A stretch of 32,000 nucleotides of DNA, taken from Archaeoglobus fulgidus DSM 4304 (GTDB taxonomy: Archaea; Halobacteriota; Archaeoglobi; Archaeoglobales; Archaeoglobaceae). The stretch is from positions 690,001 through 722,000 of the forward strand of contig NC_000917.1 in assembly GCF_000008665.1 (NCBI RefSeq), in the 5' to 3' direction. Every line of letters starts with the position of its first letter. The first letter of the stretch is position 1. The notes under the pieces were generated by a model that worked only from the letters and a program-made list of their open reading frames with translations, was not told the DNA's origin and made no database searches. The translations under genes were made by a program, and so were the position numbers. Shown here piece by piece: positions 8,960 to 18,594 of this stretch.

Positions 8960-9901
8960 CTAGCCCGCCAAAATCGAGAGGAAGAGCAGAGCGATAAGAA
9001 GGAGGGTGAGGGCAATGAGCGACCTTGCAAGATACGCTCTTGCTACCTTTTTCTCGTAGTACCTCTCCGCTCTTATGCCCGAAACGTAAACTCCAGCCAA
9101 GCTTCCCGCCATCAATCCGGCTACGTTCTGAAGGGTGAGAGTCAGCGATTTCACGGCAAGAGGAGGGCTGATAACGAGAAGAATCCCAGTAGCCACTGCC
9201 GGAGGTAGCAGAGAGGCTGAAACAGCGACACCTGCTAGGCTTTCCAATATTCCCCTGCTAAGGGAAAGAATTGAGGCAAACCCAAGAAGGACTGCAAGAA
9301 GCTCGTAAACTGGGCTTACCTCCGTTCTCAGCAGAATTTCCGGTGTTAGCTGAAGGGGATGGACGAGACCAATCATCATCGCAAAAAGCGTAGAAAAGAC
9401 CATGGTGAGGAAAAGATCAAAAAGGAGGTTAAGAGCGCTTCTGAAGGCAAGTTTTACGTATCCAACGGAAAGATTGACGGCAAAACCGTGTATCGGACCG
9501 AGAAGAGGGGCAAGGAGCATCGCTCCGATGACTATAACGGCGTTGTTCATAATGAGGCCCGAGAGGGCGATGACGCCTGCAATGGCCGTTACCACGCTTC
9601 TTCCGGGATTGAGGCTAGCATACGATTTTGTCATCTCAACAAGCTTCTCAACCGGAGTCTTTTCCTCCGCCTTTTCCCTCCTCGAAGCGGGGGAGATGAC
9701 GAACTCAGGTTTGTAAACCTCGATTATGCTCTCCTTGTATCTCAGGTCAAGCTTATCCTTAATTCTGCTAACCAATTCCTCCGTTTCACTGTCCTGAACG
9801 TATAGCTCGATTCTGTCATCGTAAATGAAAGCTCTATCTCCCAATTCCCTCGCTATCTCCTCTAGGTCTTCCTTCCTCCCCCTGACTATGATTTTTCTCA
9901 T
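8960..9901 (-). CDS. DUF389 membrane protein (start at MRKIIV, 9901, rather than ORF start 9988)
   Basis: GAMLLAPLLGPIHGFAVNL and VSASLLPPAVATG motifs, multiple TM segments; start at 9901 gives a 4-nt overlap with corA stop. Confidence 0.82.
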   Translation of the reverse strand: MRKIIVRGRKEDLEEIARELGDRAFIYDDRIELYVQDSETEELVSRIKDKLDLRYKESIIEVYKPEFVISPASRREKAEEKTPVEKLVEMTKSYASLNPGRSVVTAIAGVIALSGLIMNNAVIVIGAMLLAPLLGPIHGFAVNLSVGYVKLAFRSALNLLFDLFLTMVFSTLFAMMIGLVHPLQLTPEILLRTEVSPVYELLAVLLGFASILSLSRGILESLAGVAVSASLLPPAVATGILLVISPPLAVKSLTLTLQNVAGLMAGSLAGVYVSGIRAERYYEKKVARAYLARSLIALTLLLIALLFLSILAG

Positions 9902-10953
9902 AACCACCCCTTCCTCCTGAAGAAGGCAATCATTACCAGTGCGATGACGGCCATAACTGTCAGAACGGCCGGATACCCGTACTTCCACTCCAGCTCAGGC
10001 ATGTACTTAAAATTCATCCCATAAACACCCGCAATGAAGCTCAGGGGAATGAATATGGTCGCAATCATAGTGAGCACCTTCATTATCTCGTTGAGCTTGT
10101 TGCTGACCGCTGACAGAAATAAGTCTCTCAAGCTCACCAGCAGCTCTCTCTGCGTCTCAAGAACCTCCATGAGTCGAACAGCGTGGTCGTAAACGTCCCT
10201 GTAATACACCTTTACCTCCTCACCTATAAGCTCGTGCTCAACTCTGGTAAAGAAGCTGAGAACATCTCTTAGGGGCCATACGGCGTTTCTGAAGGCAAGT
10301 ATTTCCCTCTTCAGGCTGTGAATCTTCCCGATGAGTGTGCTGTCCCCAGAAACAACCTCATCCTCCAACACCTCAATCTCATCCGAAATTTTCAGAAGTG
10401 CTTCGAAGTAGCTGTCAACAACCGCGTCGAGTATGGTATAGGCAAGATAATCGCCAGCGAGCTTTCTCATTCTCCCCCCGGACTTAAGCCTTGAGCGGAT
10501 GGAGTCGAGAATCCAGTACTCTCTTTCTTCAAACGTCGCCACAAGGTTTTTCTTCAAAACCAGGCTGAGCTGGTCAATTTCAAGGGTCTCGTTGTAAAGC
10601 AGAATTTTAAGTACAAGAAAAAGGTGGTCGTCGTAGTCTTCAATTTTTACCCTCTGGGCTGTGTTGAGAATGTCCTCAGCAGCGAGAGGGTGGATTCCCA
10701 GGAATTCGCAGATTTTAGCGATAAGACTTTCATCGTGAACACCAACGACATCAATCCAGAGCTTTTTATTGAGTGCGAGCGCGCTTCTGACCACACTTTC
10801 AAGCTCCCCCACCTCTAGCTCCTTAAACTCCACCGATTTCTCGTCGTAAATTGCCGCAGTAATTTTAGTTTCCTCAACTTTCTTTTCGCCGGTGAAGACG
10901 GGAGTTGCGGGTGGAAGGGCCATCTTCTTTTTGATTGTCGCTGGAATCCGCAT
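9898..10953 (-). CDS. corA: CorA-family divalent cation transporter
   Basis: 351 aa; two C-terminal TM segments with YGMNF (GMN) motif before the second TM. Confidence 0.93.
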   Translation of the reverse strand: MRIPATIKKKMALPPATPVFTGEKKVEETKITAAIYDEKSVEFKELEVGELESVVRSALALNKKLWIDVVGVHDESLIAKICEFLGIHPLAAEDILNTAQRVKIEDYDDHLFLVLKILLYNETLEIDQLSLVLKKNLVATFEEREYWILDSIRSRLKSGGRMRKLAGDYLAYTILDAVVDSYFEALLKISDEIEVLEDEVVSGDSTLIGKIHSLKREILAFRNAVWPLRDVLSFFTRVEHELIGEEVKVYYRDVYDHAVRLMEVLETQRELLVSLRDLFLSAVSNKLNEIMKVLTMIATIFIPLSFIAGVYGMNFKYMPELEWKYGYPAVLTVMAVIALVMIAFFRRKGWL

Positions 10954-11214
10954 GAATTTTGTTTAATTAATAAAATATAACGCTTTGCTCCAAGATTTTG
11001 GCGAAGTTAATTTTGTAAAGAAGTAGGATGGGATTGAGGGTAAAGAGGTGTGACGGGGAAATATTCCCTGATTTTGAAATTATCGACGGTAACAAGCATT
11101 ACTACCTTGATATCCCGTACAGAGAAGGCGAATCGGTAAAATCGTTGTATTAGAGCTTTAAAAGAAGCTATTACTCGATATGCTCGATATGTATAACTCA
11201 AAAAATACCCCCAG

Positions 11215-11296
11215 CGCCGGGGCTGGGATTTGAACCCAGGAGCCCTTACGGGCACCAGCTCTCAAGGCTGGCGCAGTACCTCTCTGCAACCCCGGC
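11215..11296 (-). tRNA. tRNA-Ser (anticodon TGA)
   Basis: Hand fold: GCCGGGG/CCCCGGC acceptor, GCAG/CTGC D stem, CCAGC-CTTGAGA-GCTGG anticodon arm, long variable arm GCCCGTAAGGGC, CTGGG-TTCAAAT-CCCAG T arm; no encoded CCA. Confidence 0.95.
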
Positions 11297-11397
11297 TTTT
11301 TCCAGAAACTAAGATAACGTGTTTATGAACCTTGTGATTATGTAAGTTTCTGGCAAATTCTCCGAAAAAATTATATGTTGGCTGAAATAGAAAGTGC

Positions 11398-12474
11398 ATG
11401 GCTGTTCAACACCACATGCAGGAGGACCCGTTAATTGCTGCTGGTCTCTTCATAATCCTTTTCCTCGTTCTCATTCTTCCGTTTAGAGTCAGAAAAATCG
11501 AAGAGAATCTTGAGCCCTTTTTCCTGATAATGGGAATCGTCGCCGTTACTGTAAGCGGCTTGTGGAGCCTGGAACTAATTATTGAAGCTCTCGAGACGCC
11601 TGTTAGGATAACGGAGGTTATGGGCATCCCGGTGGGTATATTTCAGGTTGTGCTGATCGTCGGATTGATTATCCACTACTACAACAAGCAGGTTTACTCC
11701 TTTCTGGTAGCTGTTCTCAAGAAGCTGGGAATCAAAGTTTTTGCGTTCCTCGTTGTGACAGTTTTCGGTCTTGCTTCTAGCATAATCTCGGTCATAGTTT
11801 CTGCAGTCATACTTGCGGAAATCGCGCTCGTGATGCCCTTAGAAAGAAAGTCGAAAGTTGAGTTCGTGGTTATAGCCTGCTTTGCTGTGGGTTTTGGGGC
11901 TGCGTTAACTCCAGTAGGCGAGCCCCTTTCCACCATAGTCGTTAAGAAGCTCAACGAGGACTTCTTCTACTTAATAGAGCTTGTAGGGGAGTACATCATC
12001 CCGTCGGTGATAATACTGGGAATCTACGCGGCTATGAGAGTGGGTGGTGTTTCCGTTAAGGAAATAGAAATTCCGGAATACACCGAAACTCTGAGAACCG
12101 TTGTGATTAGGGCGGTCAGAGTTTACGTGTTTATCGCGGCATTGGTGCTGCTTGGGGAAGGTTTTACGCCGATCATCTACTGGTACATCTCAAAGATACC
12201 GCCCGAGATAATATACTGGGTAAACATGGTTTCCGCAATCCTCGACAATGCAACGCTCGCCGCAGCTGAAATAGGTCCTCAATTAACCGAGCTGCAGATA
12301 AAGGGCGCTCTGATGGGTCTGATAATCTCGGGAGGTATGCTGATCCCCGGAAACATTCCGAACATCGTCGTTGCGGGAAGGCTGAGGATTACGATGGGTG
12401 AGTGGGCGAGGATAGGCGTTCCCTTAGGGTTGATTATGATGACAATTTTCTTCGTAATAATATATGTTCTCTAA
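11398..12474 (+). CDS. Polytopic membrane protein, DUF1646-like putative cation/anion transporter
   Basis: 358 aa, about 10 hydrophobic segments; GAALTPVGEPLSTIVV and GGMLIPGNIPNIVVA resemble ion-transporter superfamily motifs. Confidence 0.72.
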   Translation: MAVQHHMQEDPLIAAGLFIILFLVLILPFRVRKIEENLEPFFLIMGIVAVTVSGLWSLELIIEALETPVRITEVMGIPVGIFQVVLIVGLIIHYYNKQVYSFLVAVLKKLGIKVFAFLVVTVFGLASSIISVIVSAVILAEIALVMPLERKSKVEFVVIACFAVGFGAALTPVGEPLSTIVVKKLNEDFFYLIELVGEYIIPSVIILGIYAAMRVGGVSVKEIEIPEYTETLRTVVIRAVRVYVFIAALVLLGEGFTPIIYWYISKIPPEIIYWVNMVSAILDNATLAAAEIGPQLTELQIKGALMGLIISGGMLIPGNIPNIVVAGRLRITMGEWARIGVPLGLIMMTIFFVIIYVL

Positions 12475-12512
12475 AAGTTAGCTTTATAAAACAACAGGGA
12501 GGGGCTGAGGGA

Positions 12513-13328
12513 GTGAAGCGTCTCTATGCTGACCTTGGGCTGGCTCTGGTCGCCTTAATCTGGGGCTCCACATTCCCGGTAGTAAAGATAGCCCTGGACA
12601 GCATGTCGCCCTTCGCCTTCAACACGGTAAGGTTTTTCATAGCGTGTCTTTTCTTCCTCCCCTTCCTCAAGGGTTGGGATTTTAAGGACGGTTTTAAAAT
12701 CGGAATAGCGTCCTTCCTTGGATACACTTTCCAGACTGTAGGGCTCGACTACACCACCGCAACCAACGCTGGCTTCATAACCTCAACCTACGTCGTTCTC
12801 GCCCCCATCATCTCATGGCTTGTGTACAAGGATGTTTTCGACAAAAGGGATGTTTCAGGAGTTTTGCTCGCCTTCGTAGGGTTCTACTTTCTTTCAGGGT
12901 ACTCGGGCTTCAACATCGGAGACATCCTGATGCTCTTCTGCGCCCTCTTTTTTGGAGCGGAGATTGCAATGATTTCCCATTACTCTCGCCTCAGCAATCC
13001 CACGATGCTGGCATTCTGGCAGTCCTTCGCCATTTTCATTCTCTCCGCTCCCTTTGCTGTTTTCACAACCACCAAATTCGAGATAAACACAACCGTCATT
13101 CTATGCCTCCTCATCACAGCATTCTTCGCAACTTTCGTGGCAAAAATGCTACAGAACTGGCTTCAGAGCTACACCAAATCCTCCGATGCGGCTGTTATTC
13201 TGTCCCTCGAAGGGGTTTTCGCCCATCTTTTCAGCGTTGCAGTTCTGGCGGAGATTCTAACACCGGTGCAGTACTTTGGCGCATTTTTAATATTGCTGGC
13301 AGTAATCATCGTTTCTCTCAGAGTATAG
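12513..13328 (+). CDS. EamA/DMT-family transporter
   Basis: ALIWGSTFPVVKIAL...FNTVRFFIACLFFLP and second repeat ...SLEGVFAHLFSVAVLAEILTPVQYFGAFLILLAVI. Probable GTG start at 12513; tttataaa 30 nt upstream. Confidence 0.88.
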   Translation: MKRLYADLGLALVALIWGSTFPVVKIALDSMSPFAFNTVRFFIACLFFLPFLKGWDFKDGFKIGIASFLGYTFQTVGLDYTTATNAGFITSTYVVLAPIISWLVYKDVFDKRDVSGVLLAFVGFYFLSGYSGFNIGDILMLFCALFFGAEIAMISHYSRLSNPTMLAFWQSFAIFILSAPFAVFTTTKFEINTTVILCLLITAFFATFVAKMLQNWLQSYTKSSDAAVILSLEGVFAHLFSVAVLAEILTPVQYFGAFLILLAVIIVSLRV

Positions 13329-13404
13329 CCTCTAAGTCTGAGCATTTTTGAAATACCGCAATCTTCATATAGTTTGAAAACAAAGATAAAATTGGGGTGA
13401 TAGT

Positions 13405-13731
13405 ATGGGTGTGCACAGAATCACGAGCGAGGCTGCAAAGTATTACGCCCAGAGGGAGAAGGTTGTTGGAGCAGGGGTTTCTCTCCTCGGCGAGGCGAGC
13501 ATGAACCTCGACAAGCTCAGCAAGGAGCAGCTTGAAAAACTTGGAGATTTGGCAGCAAAACTCCTCCCCCACTCTCCGGGTTACGCGGGCAAGATGATGC
13601 CCATTGTAGCGAGGCTTTTCTGGAGACTTGCTGGAGTGGGAGAAAAGGAGTTCGGATTTGCTGAGCTCGACGAGCTCGAAAAGGAGATAGAGAGGCTAAA
13701 AGAGGAGCTGGGATTTAACTCTCAGCAATAA
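13405..13731 (+). CDS. Uncharacterised 108-aa protein
   Basis: ATG preceded by ggggtgat; archaeal codon usage; C-terminal charged helix. No family recognised. Confidence 0.65.
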   Translation: MGVHRITSEAAKYYAQREKVVGAGVSLLGEASMNLDKLSKEQLEKLGDLAAKLLPHSPGYAGKMMPIVARLFWRLAGVGEKEFGFAELDELEKEIERLKEELGFNSQQ

Positions 13732-14269
13732 AGCAAACAAAGTCGTTTTCGTCGTACTTAAGCTTTCTTCTCCTTATTTCTTTGACCTTGAAGCCCGTCT
13801 CACGAAGCATTGAGAGAACCTCGTCTTCTGTTAAAAATCTCGCTTTTCTGTAGAAGGAGCTGTCCTTCCCAGAGTACTCCCTCCCCAAGCCGGAGTTCGC
13901 AGGAACCACGCATGCCACAAGAGTGCCTTCGAGAACTCTCTTGATTTCCATTAGAGCCTTAATCGGCTCGTCAAGAAAGCAGAGGGTGAAGATGAGGTAT
14001 GCGGAGCGAAAGGATTTATCTTTGAAGGGCAAATGAGCAGCATCTCCTGCAACGCACTCGACCCCCCTCTTTTTAGCAATTCTCAGCATTTGGAGCGAGA
14101 CGTCAACTCCGAGATCAATGCCTATTACCGCAAACCTTCCTGTTCCAACTCCAACCTCCACAGAAGGAGAAATCGGTTTGGGAAGCAGTTCCAGCTCTGC
14201 TTCGTAAAGCTCCCTGTTTCTATCGTACCACGCATCGTACCTCTCGGCATTTCTGTTAAAGACGTCCAT
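13715..14269 (-). CDS. Class I SAM-dependent methyltransferase
   Basis: 184 aa; SVEVGVGTGRFAV (motif I), GDAAHLPFKDKSFRSAYLIFTLCFL. Confidence 0.86.
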   Translation of the reverse strand: MDVFNRNAERYDAWYDRNRELYEAELELLPKPISPSVEVGVGTGRFAVIGIDLGVDVSLQMLRIAKKRGVECVAGDAAHLPFKDKSFRSAYLIFTLCFLDEPIKALMEIKRVLEGTLVACVVPANSGLGREYSGKDSSFYRKARFLTEDEVLSMLRETGFKVKEIRRRKLKYDENDFVCFIAES

Positions 14270-14366
14270 TGACTTCAGTTAAACCAAGTGTTTTATTTAT
14301 TCCCCTATCGCTCTCCACTCTTACCTCTCGGAAAAAAATAAGTATGGTTCAATTCAAAAAAACTCA

Positions 14367-15311
14367 ATGGACGTGACCATCGCTCTCGTTGCAGCACTTG
14401 CAATAGCCTTTGCAATTGGCTCCAACGATACCTGCAACTCCTTTGGAATCTGTGTGGGATGCGGTCTGCTTACGATGAAAAGGGCTGCGTACATTCTTTT
14501 CCTGCTGGTGTTTGCAGGAATGCTGTTTGGCAGCGGCAGAATAATGGACACTGTGGGCAGAGAGATGGTTGAGCTCAACGAGATTGTTGTTTCCGTCTCT
14601 CTGATTATCTCCTCAGCTGCCATCGTTGCGGCTAACTACCTCCGCACACCGGTTTCAAGCCATCAGGCCATAGTAATGAGCCTTATCGGCTCGGCCTTTG
14701 CTCTCGGAAACAGAATTGATGTAAGTACGGTGGCGAAAATCGTCCTGTCGTGGGTTATTTCACCCTTTGGAGCGCTCCTTCTTTCAATTGTCTTTTACTG
14801 GATTATGGAAAGAACTCTCGCAAAGCTCCCCGCCTTAAGAGTTGAGAGAGTCCTTAGAGTTCTGCTATTTATCGGTGCGACTGTTATTGGCTTTAACACC
14901 GGCGCCAATGAGCTCGCAACCGCCCTCGCCCCCATAGTGATGTTCGGAGTGATGAACGTGTTTGAAGCAGCACTCCTCGGCTCTGCAATGCTTTTTCTCG
15001 GTGCGTGGATTGTCAGCGTAAGAGTGGCTGAGGTTGTCGGGAAGGGAATAACAGCCCTCGACCCATTTACGGGGTTTGCCGCGCAGTTTGCGGCTGGAAT
15101 AACGGTTTTACTCTTCACACTCATCGGAATGCCCGTCTCCACAACATACTGCACCGTCGGTGCGGTAACTGGAGTTGGGCTCTACAAGAGTGTTAGGGGT
15201 GTCAAATTTGCATTCCTGAAAAGAATTGTTGCAAGCTGGATTTTAACGCCATTTACGGCCTTCACCTTAAGCTTTATTTTGACTTTGCTTCTCTCTCAAC
15301 AAGCTTTTTGA
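14367..15311 (+). CDS. Inorganic phosphate transporter, PiT family
   Basis: 314 aa; FAIGSNDTCNSFG and GFNTGANELATALAPI match the duplicated PiT signature. Confidence 0.93.
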   Translation: MDVTIALVAALAIAFAIGSNDTCNSFGICVGCGLLTMKRAAYILFLLVFAGMLFGSGRIMDTVGREMVELNEIVVSVSLIISSAAIVAANYLRTPVSSHQAIVMSLIGSAFALGNRIDVSTVAKIVLSWVISPFGALLLSIVFYWIMERTLAKLPALRVERVLRVLLFIGATVIGFNTGANELATALAPIVMFGVMNVFEAALLGSAMLFLGAWIVSVRVAEVVGKGITALDPFTGFAAQFAAGITVLLFTLIGMPVSTTYCTVGAVTGVGLYKSVRGVKFAFLKRIVASWILTPFTAFTLSFILTLLLSQQAF

Positions 15312-15972
15312 ACCTCAGCGCATCGTCGAACATGTGGACGTTGTTGAACATAACGTAGCCGTCCCTGTCAACTATCCCGAGCAGCTTTTCAAGCTCATCA
15401 TCGGTGTACTTGTGCTTGTAATCAAATCCGTGAAGCCTGTAGTAGCAGATTTCCCCGTAAAGCTGCTTGGAGACAAAGGGGTCAACGACGTGGACTAAAT
15501 CAAGCTCCTCGCATATTGCCCTTACGCTCTCCTCGCTCCAGCCTCTCGGTTCAAAGCAAAAGGTAAAACTTCCGTCAATGCTGCTGAAAAAAGCCCGCAT
15601 GTTTTCCATGTTCTCAGCAGTATCTCTGAAGCTCTTCGGCGTTTGAAAGACGATTATTTCGGCCTTTAGAGCTTTTGCAATCTTCTTAGTCTCCTCCCAA
15701 GCCATAAAAACAACTTCTGTCGGTCTGAAGAAGCCGCAGTTTTCGAACTTGATTCCCGCTTTTTTGTAGGTGGGACTGCTTGGAGGGTGGGTGATTACCT
15801 GCCACGCCTTTATGGTGAACTCAAAATCTTCAGGGGCAGATTTTCTCCACTTTTCAGCGGTTTTGACTTCCGGCGGCTTGTAAAAAGTCTTCTGAACCTC
15901 AACCACGTCAAACGTTTCAAAGTACCTTTTCATCGAAACCGGGAAGCCGCAGCATCCCACTTTCAGCTCCAT
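15274..15972 (-). CDS. DUF72-family protein
   Basis: VGCCGFPVSMKRYFETFDVVEVQKTFY...CFEPRGWS...YYRLHG; start placed at MELKVGCCG (15972) rather than ORF start 16047. Confidence 0.88.
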   Translation of the reverse strand: MELKVGCCGFPVSMKRYFETFDVVEVQKTFYKPPEVKTAEKWRKSAPEDFEFTIKAWQVITHPPSSPTYKKAGIKFENCGFFRPTEVVFMAWEETKKIAKALKAEIIVFQTPKSFRDTAENMENMRAFFSSIDGSFTFCFEPRGWSEESVRAICEELDLVHVVDPFVSKQLYGEICYYRLHGFDYKHKYTDDELEKLLGIVDRDGYVMFNNVHMFDDALRFKKLVEREAKSK

Positions 15973-16055
15973 ACTGTTTGTTAATACGCGAGTATTTAAT
16001 GTTGGGCTACCCATAGACAGGCAAAAGATATATACGTCTGACATCAAGTATCAGC

Positions 16056-16679
16056 ATGGAGGTAATCACAAATCCCGATAGCTTTCTGAGAAAAAGGCTT
16101 GAAAGGGGATTTGGCGAGGCTCTGGCCGTTGTCGTAATTGCCGCTCTGCTCTCGTCTCTTGCTTCATACATTGTGGCTCCAATGGTGCTTGAGGCCGTGA
16201 GAGAGCAGATTGCGGAGGTTGGAACGTTAACTGAAGAGCAGATTAAGGCGATGCTTCAGATAACCTACTACGGAATGCTGATAACTCCCTTCTTCACGAC
16301 GCTCATCTTCTGGATTTTAATCTCCGGCATTCTCCACATACTTTCGGCAGTTTTCGGAGGAGAGGGTAGTTTCAGCAATCTCGCCAAGCTTGTTGCATAC
16401 TCTTACATTTCCGTCATAGTCCTAAGCCCGATATCGATTTATCTCAGCTACGAAACGAGTCAGCAGATGCTCTACGGAATAAAAAGCTCTCTACTGCCAA
16501 ACACGATTCTCGGAGTTGCAACCGCATTATGGCAGGCAGTTTATTGGACCTTTGCCGTTAAAAATGCGAGAAATCTGAATTTAAAATACTCTGCCATCGT
16601 GGCCGGGATAGTCTTCACTGGATACTTTTTGCTGACTGCATCCTCTCTGATTTTTTCATCTCTCTCAGAGACTCCCTGA
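16056..16679 (+). CDS. Yip1-domain-like membrane protein
   Basis: 207 aa, five hydrophobic segments, F.G.gsF..l....aY; TATA (agatatatacg) just upstream. Confidence 0.65.
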   Translation: MEVITNPDSFLRKRLERGFGEALAVVVIAALLSSLASYIVAPMVLEAVREQIAEVGTLTEEQIKAMLQITYYGMLITPFFTTLIFWILISGILHILSAVFGGEGSFSNLAKLVAYSYISVIVLSPISIYLSYETSQQMLYGIKSSLLPNTILGVATALWQAVYWTFAVKNARNLNLKYSAIVAGIVFTGYFLLTASSLIFSSLSETP

Positions 16680-17622
16680 CTGACTTGTTGAAGGCTATCT
16701 CACCTATGGACTTCATGTGCCTGCAGGCGCTTAAAATGGTTTCAACTGCCAGTCGGTAATAAACACCGCCGTCCATATTGCTCAAAAGAAGCTCTTCAAG
16801 CTCTTCAAGCTCTTCAATTGTTTCCTCCGAAAGTTCAACATCCGAGTTGAAGTAGGCCTTCGCCAGGGAGTCGAAAATTTTACCGAGCCTTTCAAAGTAA
16901 ACCCTCACCTTCCGTAGCTCTTCTGGAGTCATCTCGACTGCATAGGTTGAGAAGTTGTATAGCGAGTCGGCAATCTCCTCTATAAGCTTTGCAACAGTTC
17001 TGATACCGAGAATCAACCTCAACTCGTTCCACTTGCTCGGACTTGAGAACTCTCTAACTAGCCTGTGCTCCTGCCTGACCGCAAGCAGGTACAGCCTGTC
17101 TGAATCTTTTTCAAGGTTCTCTATATCCTTTAAAGCCTCTCTGTCCCCCTTTTCAATGCCTTCCATTATTGTCGCTATCATGCTCTGGATAATCTGGCTC
17201 ATCCTTCTCACAACGCCGTAAACGTCGAAATCGGTTGAAGTTAGGCACTTCAGCACAACTTTGCCCTCGGTTGCGTCAATAATCTCCATTCCAATCAAGT
17301 CCTTTACAATCTCCCCTATCCTGCTCACCATCCTCGCGTTTATCCTGTCATCGCTGATTACAATCTCATCAATCCCCTGAAGATACAGAGCGTAGATGAA
17401 CCTTCGCACGAACTTTTCGTCGAGTCTTAGCAGCTTATCAATCTGAACACTCGTTATCCTCGAAAACTCTCGAAAGGATTTGGGGTAGAGAGTTATCACG
17501 CTGTCTTCAACCTGCAGATATATGTCGTCACCCTGCCTTAGCTGGTTCTCCTTCACCCAGTTCTTCGGGAGACTTACCATGTAGCTTGAACCACCTATTA
17601 ACTGAAGCTTCCTTACTTCCAT
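16615..17622 (-). CDS. Phosphate uptake regulator-like: N-terminal SpoVT/AbrB-like domain plus PhoU domains
   Basis: EVRKLQLIGGSSYMVSLPKNWVKENQLRQGDDIYLQ then PhoU-type helical repeats. Confidence 0.9.
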   Translation of the reverse strand: MEVRKLQLIGGSSYMVSLPKNWVKENQLRQGDDIYLQVEDSVITLYPKSFREFSRITSVQIDKLLRLDEKFVRRFIYALYLQGIDEIVISDDRINARMVSRIGEIVKDLIGMEIIDATEGKVVLKCLTSTDFDVYGVVRRMSQIIQSMIATIMEGIEKGDREALKDIENLEKDSDRLYLLAVRQEHRLVREFSSPSKWNELRLILGIRTVAKLIEEIADSLYNFSTYAVEMTPEELRKVRVYFERLGKIFDSLAKAYFNSDVELSEETIEELEELEELLLSNMDGGVYYRLAVETILSACRHMKSIGEIAFNKSVRESLREMKKSERMQSAKSIQ

Positions 17623-17718
17623 CGATACGTACTTCTATTAAGAGGTTAAAATATCTTTCCATTTCTTGGTGTTCGACTAATAGATAACTATAAATTCAGA
17701 ATCACCATAAAACATAAC

Positions 17719-18588
17719 ATGTATAGGTATTATGAGCTAAGGGAGCTCGAAGGAAAGGCTCCAAAGCTCTTCGGCATCCCCACAGGAACTAAGCTTGACG
17801 AGCTGTTTTACAAGGTTGAAAAGGAGGGGGACAGGTACGTTAGAAAGCCGCTTGGAGGAATTCCTCACCTCGCGGTGATGAACATCACAGGAGTTCCGGA
17901 TACTGGAAAATCACTATTGGCTGAGCAGTTCGCCATTACCCAGGCCGGCAGCGGCTACAGAGTGCTTTACGTGACAGTTGAGAGCCCAGCCAATTTCCTC
18001 TACACGGCGATGAAGGAGAGAAGCGAGGCCATGGGTGTGGACTTCACCAAGGTTGAGAGCAACGTCGTTGTCATCGATGCGAGCGAGAGCGATGAGCTGA
18101 GAGAGAATCCGAAAGCGCTCATGGAGACCATGGCTTACGCGATTAAGGAGAAGAAGGTTACAAACACGATAATCGACAGCATCACGGGACTTTACGAGCA
18201 CAAGGAGATGATGGCGAGGCAGATAGTGAGGCAGTTCTTCAACTTCATGAAGAAGTATCGCCAGACGGGAATCTTCGTTTCGCAGAAGAGGTCCGCGCAG
18301 GCGAGCGAGAGTGCTGAGGCTGCGGGAGGTCTTGCGGTGGCGCACATCGTCGATGGTACAATCGTGCTGGACAAAAAGCTGATAGAGTCTCGCTGGGATG
18401 TCAGCCTCTACGGCCTGCCTCTCGGCAGCATTCTCAGAACGATAAGGATTGATGGATGCAGAATTGCTCCCCACGACTCAAGAGTGTGGGTCTTCGAAAT
18501 CAGCGAAATCGGCACGATAGAAATCATCGCACCGCTGAGCGAGTACATAAAGAAAAGGGGGAAGAAGGATTTAGATGAGGAAAAATAA
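17719..18588 (+). CDS. KaiC-domain ATPase (type I recall as the AF_0795 family)
   Basis: GIPTGTKLDELF, Walker A NITGVPDTGKS, VLYVTVESPANFL, NTIIDSITGLY. Confidence 0.88.
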   Translation: MYRYYELRELEGKAPKLFGIPTGTKLDELFYKVEKEGDRYVRKPLGGIPHLAVMNITGVPDTGKSLLAEQFAITQAGSGYRVLYVTVESPANFLYTAMKERSEAMGVDFTKVESNVVVIDASESDELRENPKALMETMAYAIKEKKVTNTIIDSITGLYEHKEMMARQIVRQFFNFMKKYRQTGIFVSQKRSAQASESAEAAGGLAVAHIVDGTIVLDKKLIESRWDVSLYGLPLGSILRTIRIDGCRIAPHDSRVWVFEISEIGTIEIIAPLSEYIKKRGKKDLDEEK

Positions 18589-18594
18589 CAGGAG

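Noticed and set aside
8120-9805. ORFs 8120..8566 (-), 8921..9208 (+), 9359..9805 (+), 9402..9716 (+)
   Set aside because: Antisense shadows of ZPR1 and DUF389 genes.
11161-11200. Short direct repeat ctcgatatg near tRNA-Ser (actcgatatgctcgatatg)
   Set aside because: Only two copies of about 9 bp with no array structure; not a CRISPR and probably chance.
11007-11255. 82-aa minus-strand ORF
   Set aside because: Starts inside the tRNA-Ser gene; its first residues are translated tRNA sequence.
12815-13351. 178-aa plus-strand ORF
   Set aside because: Out-of-frame same-strand shadow within the EamA transporter gene.
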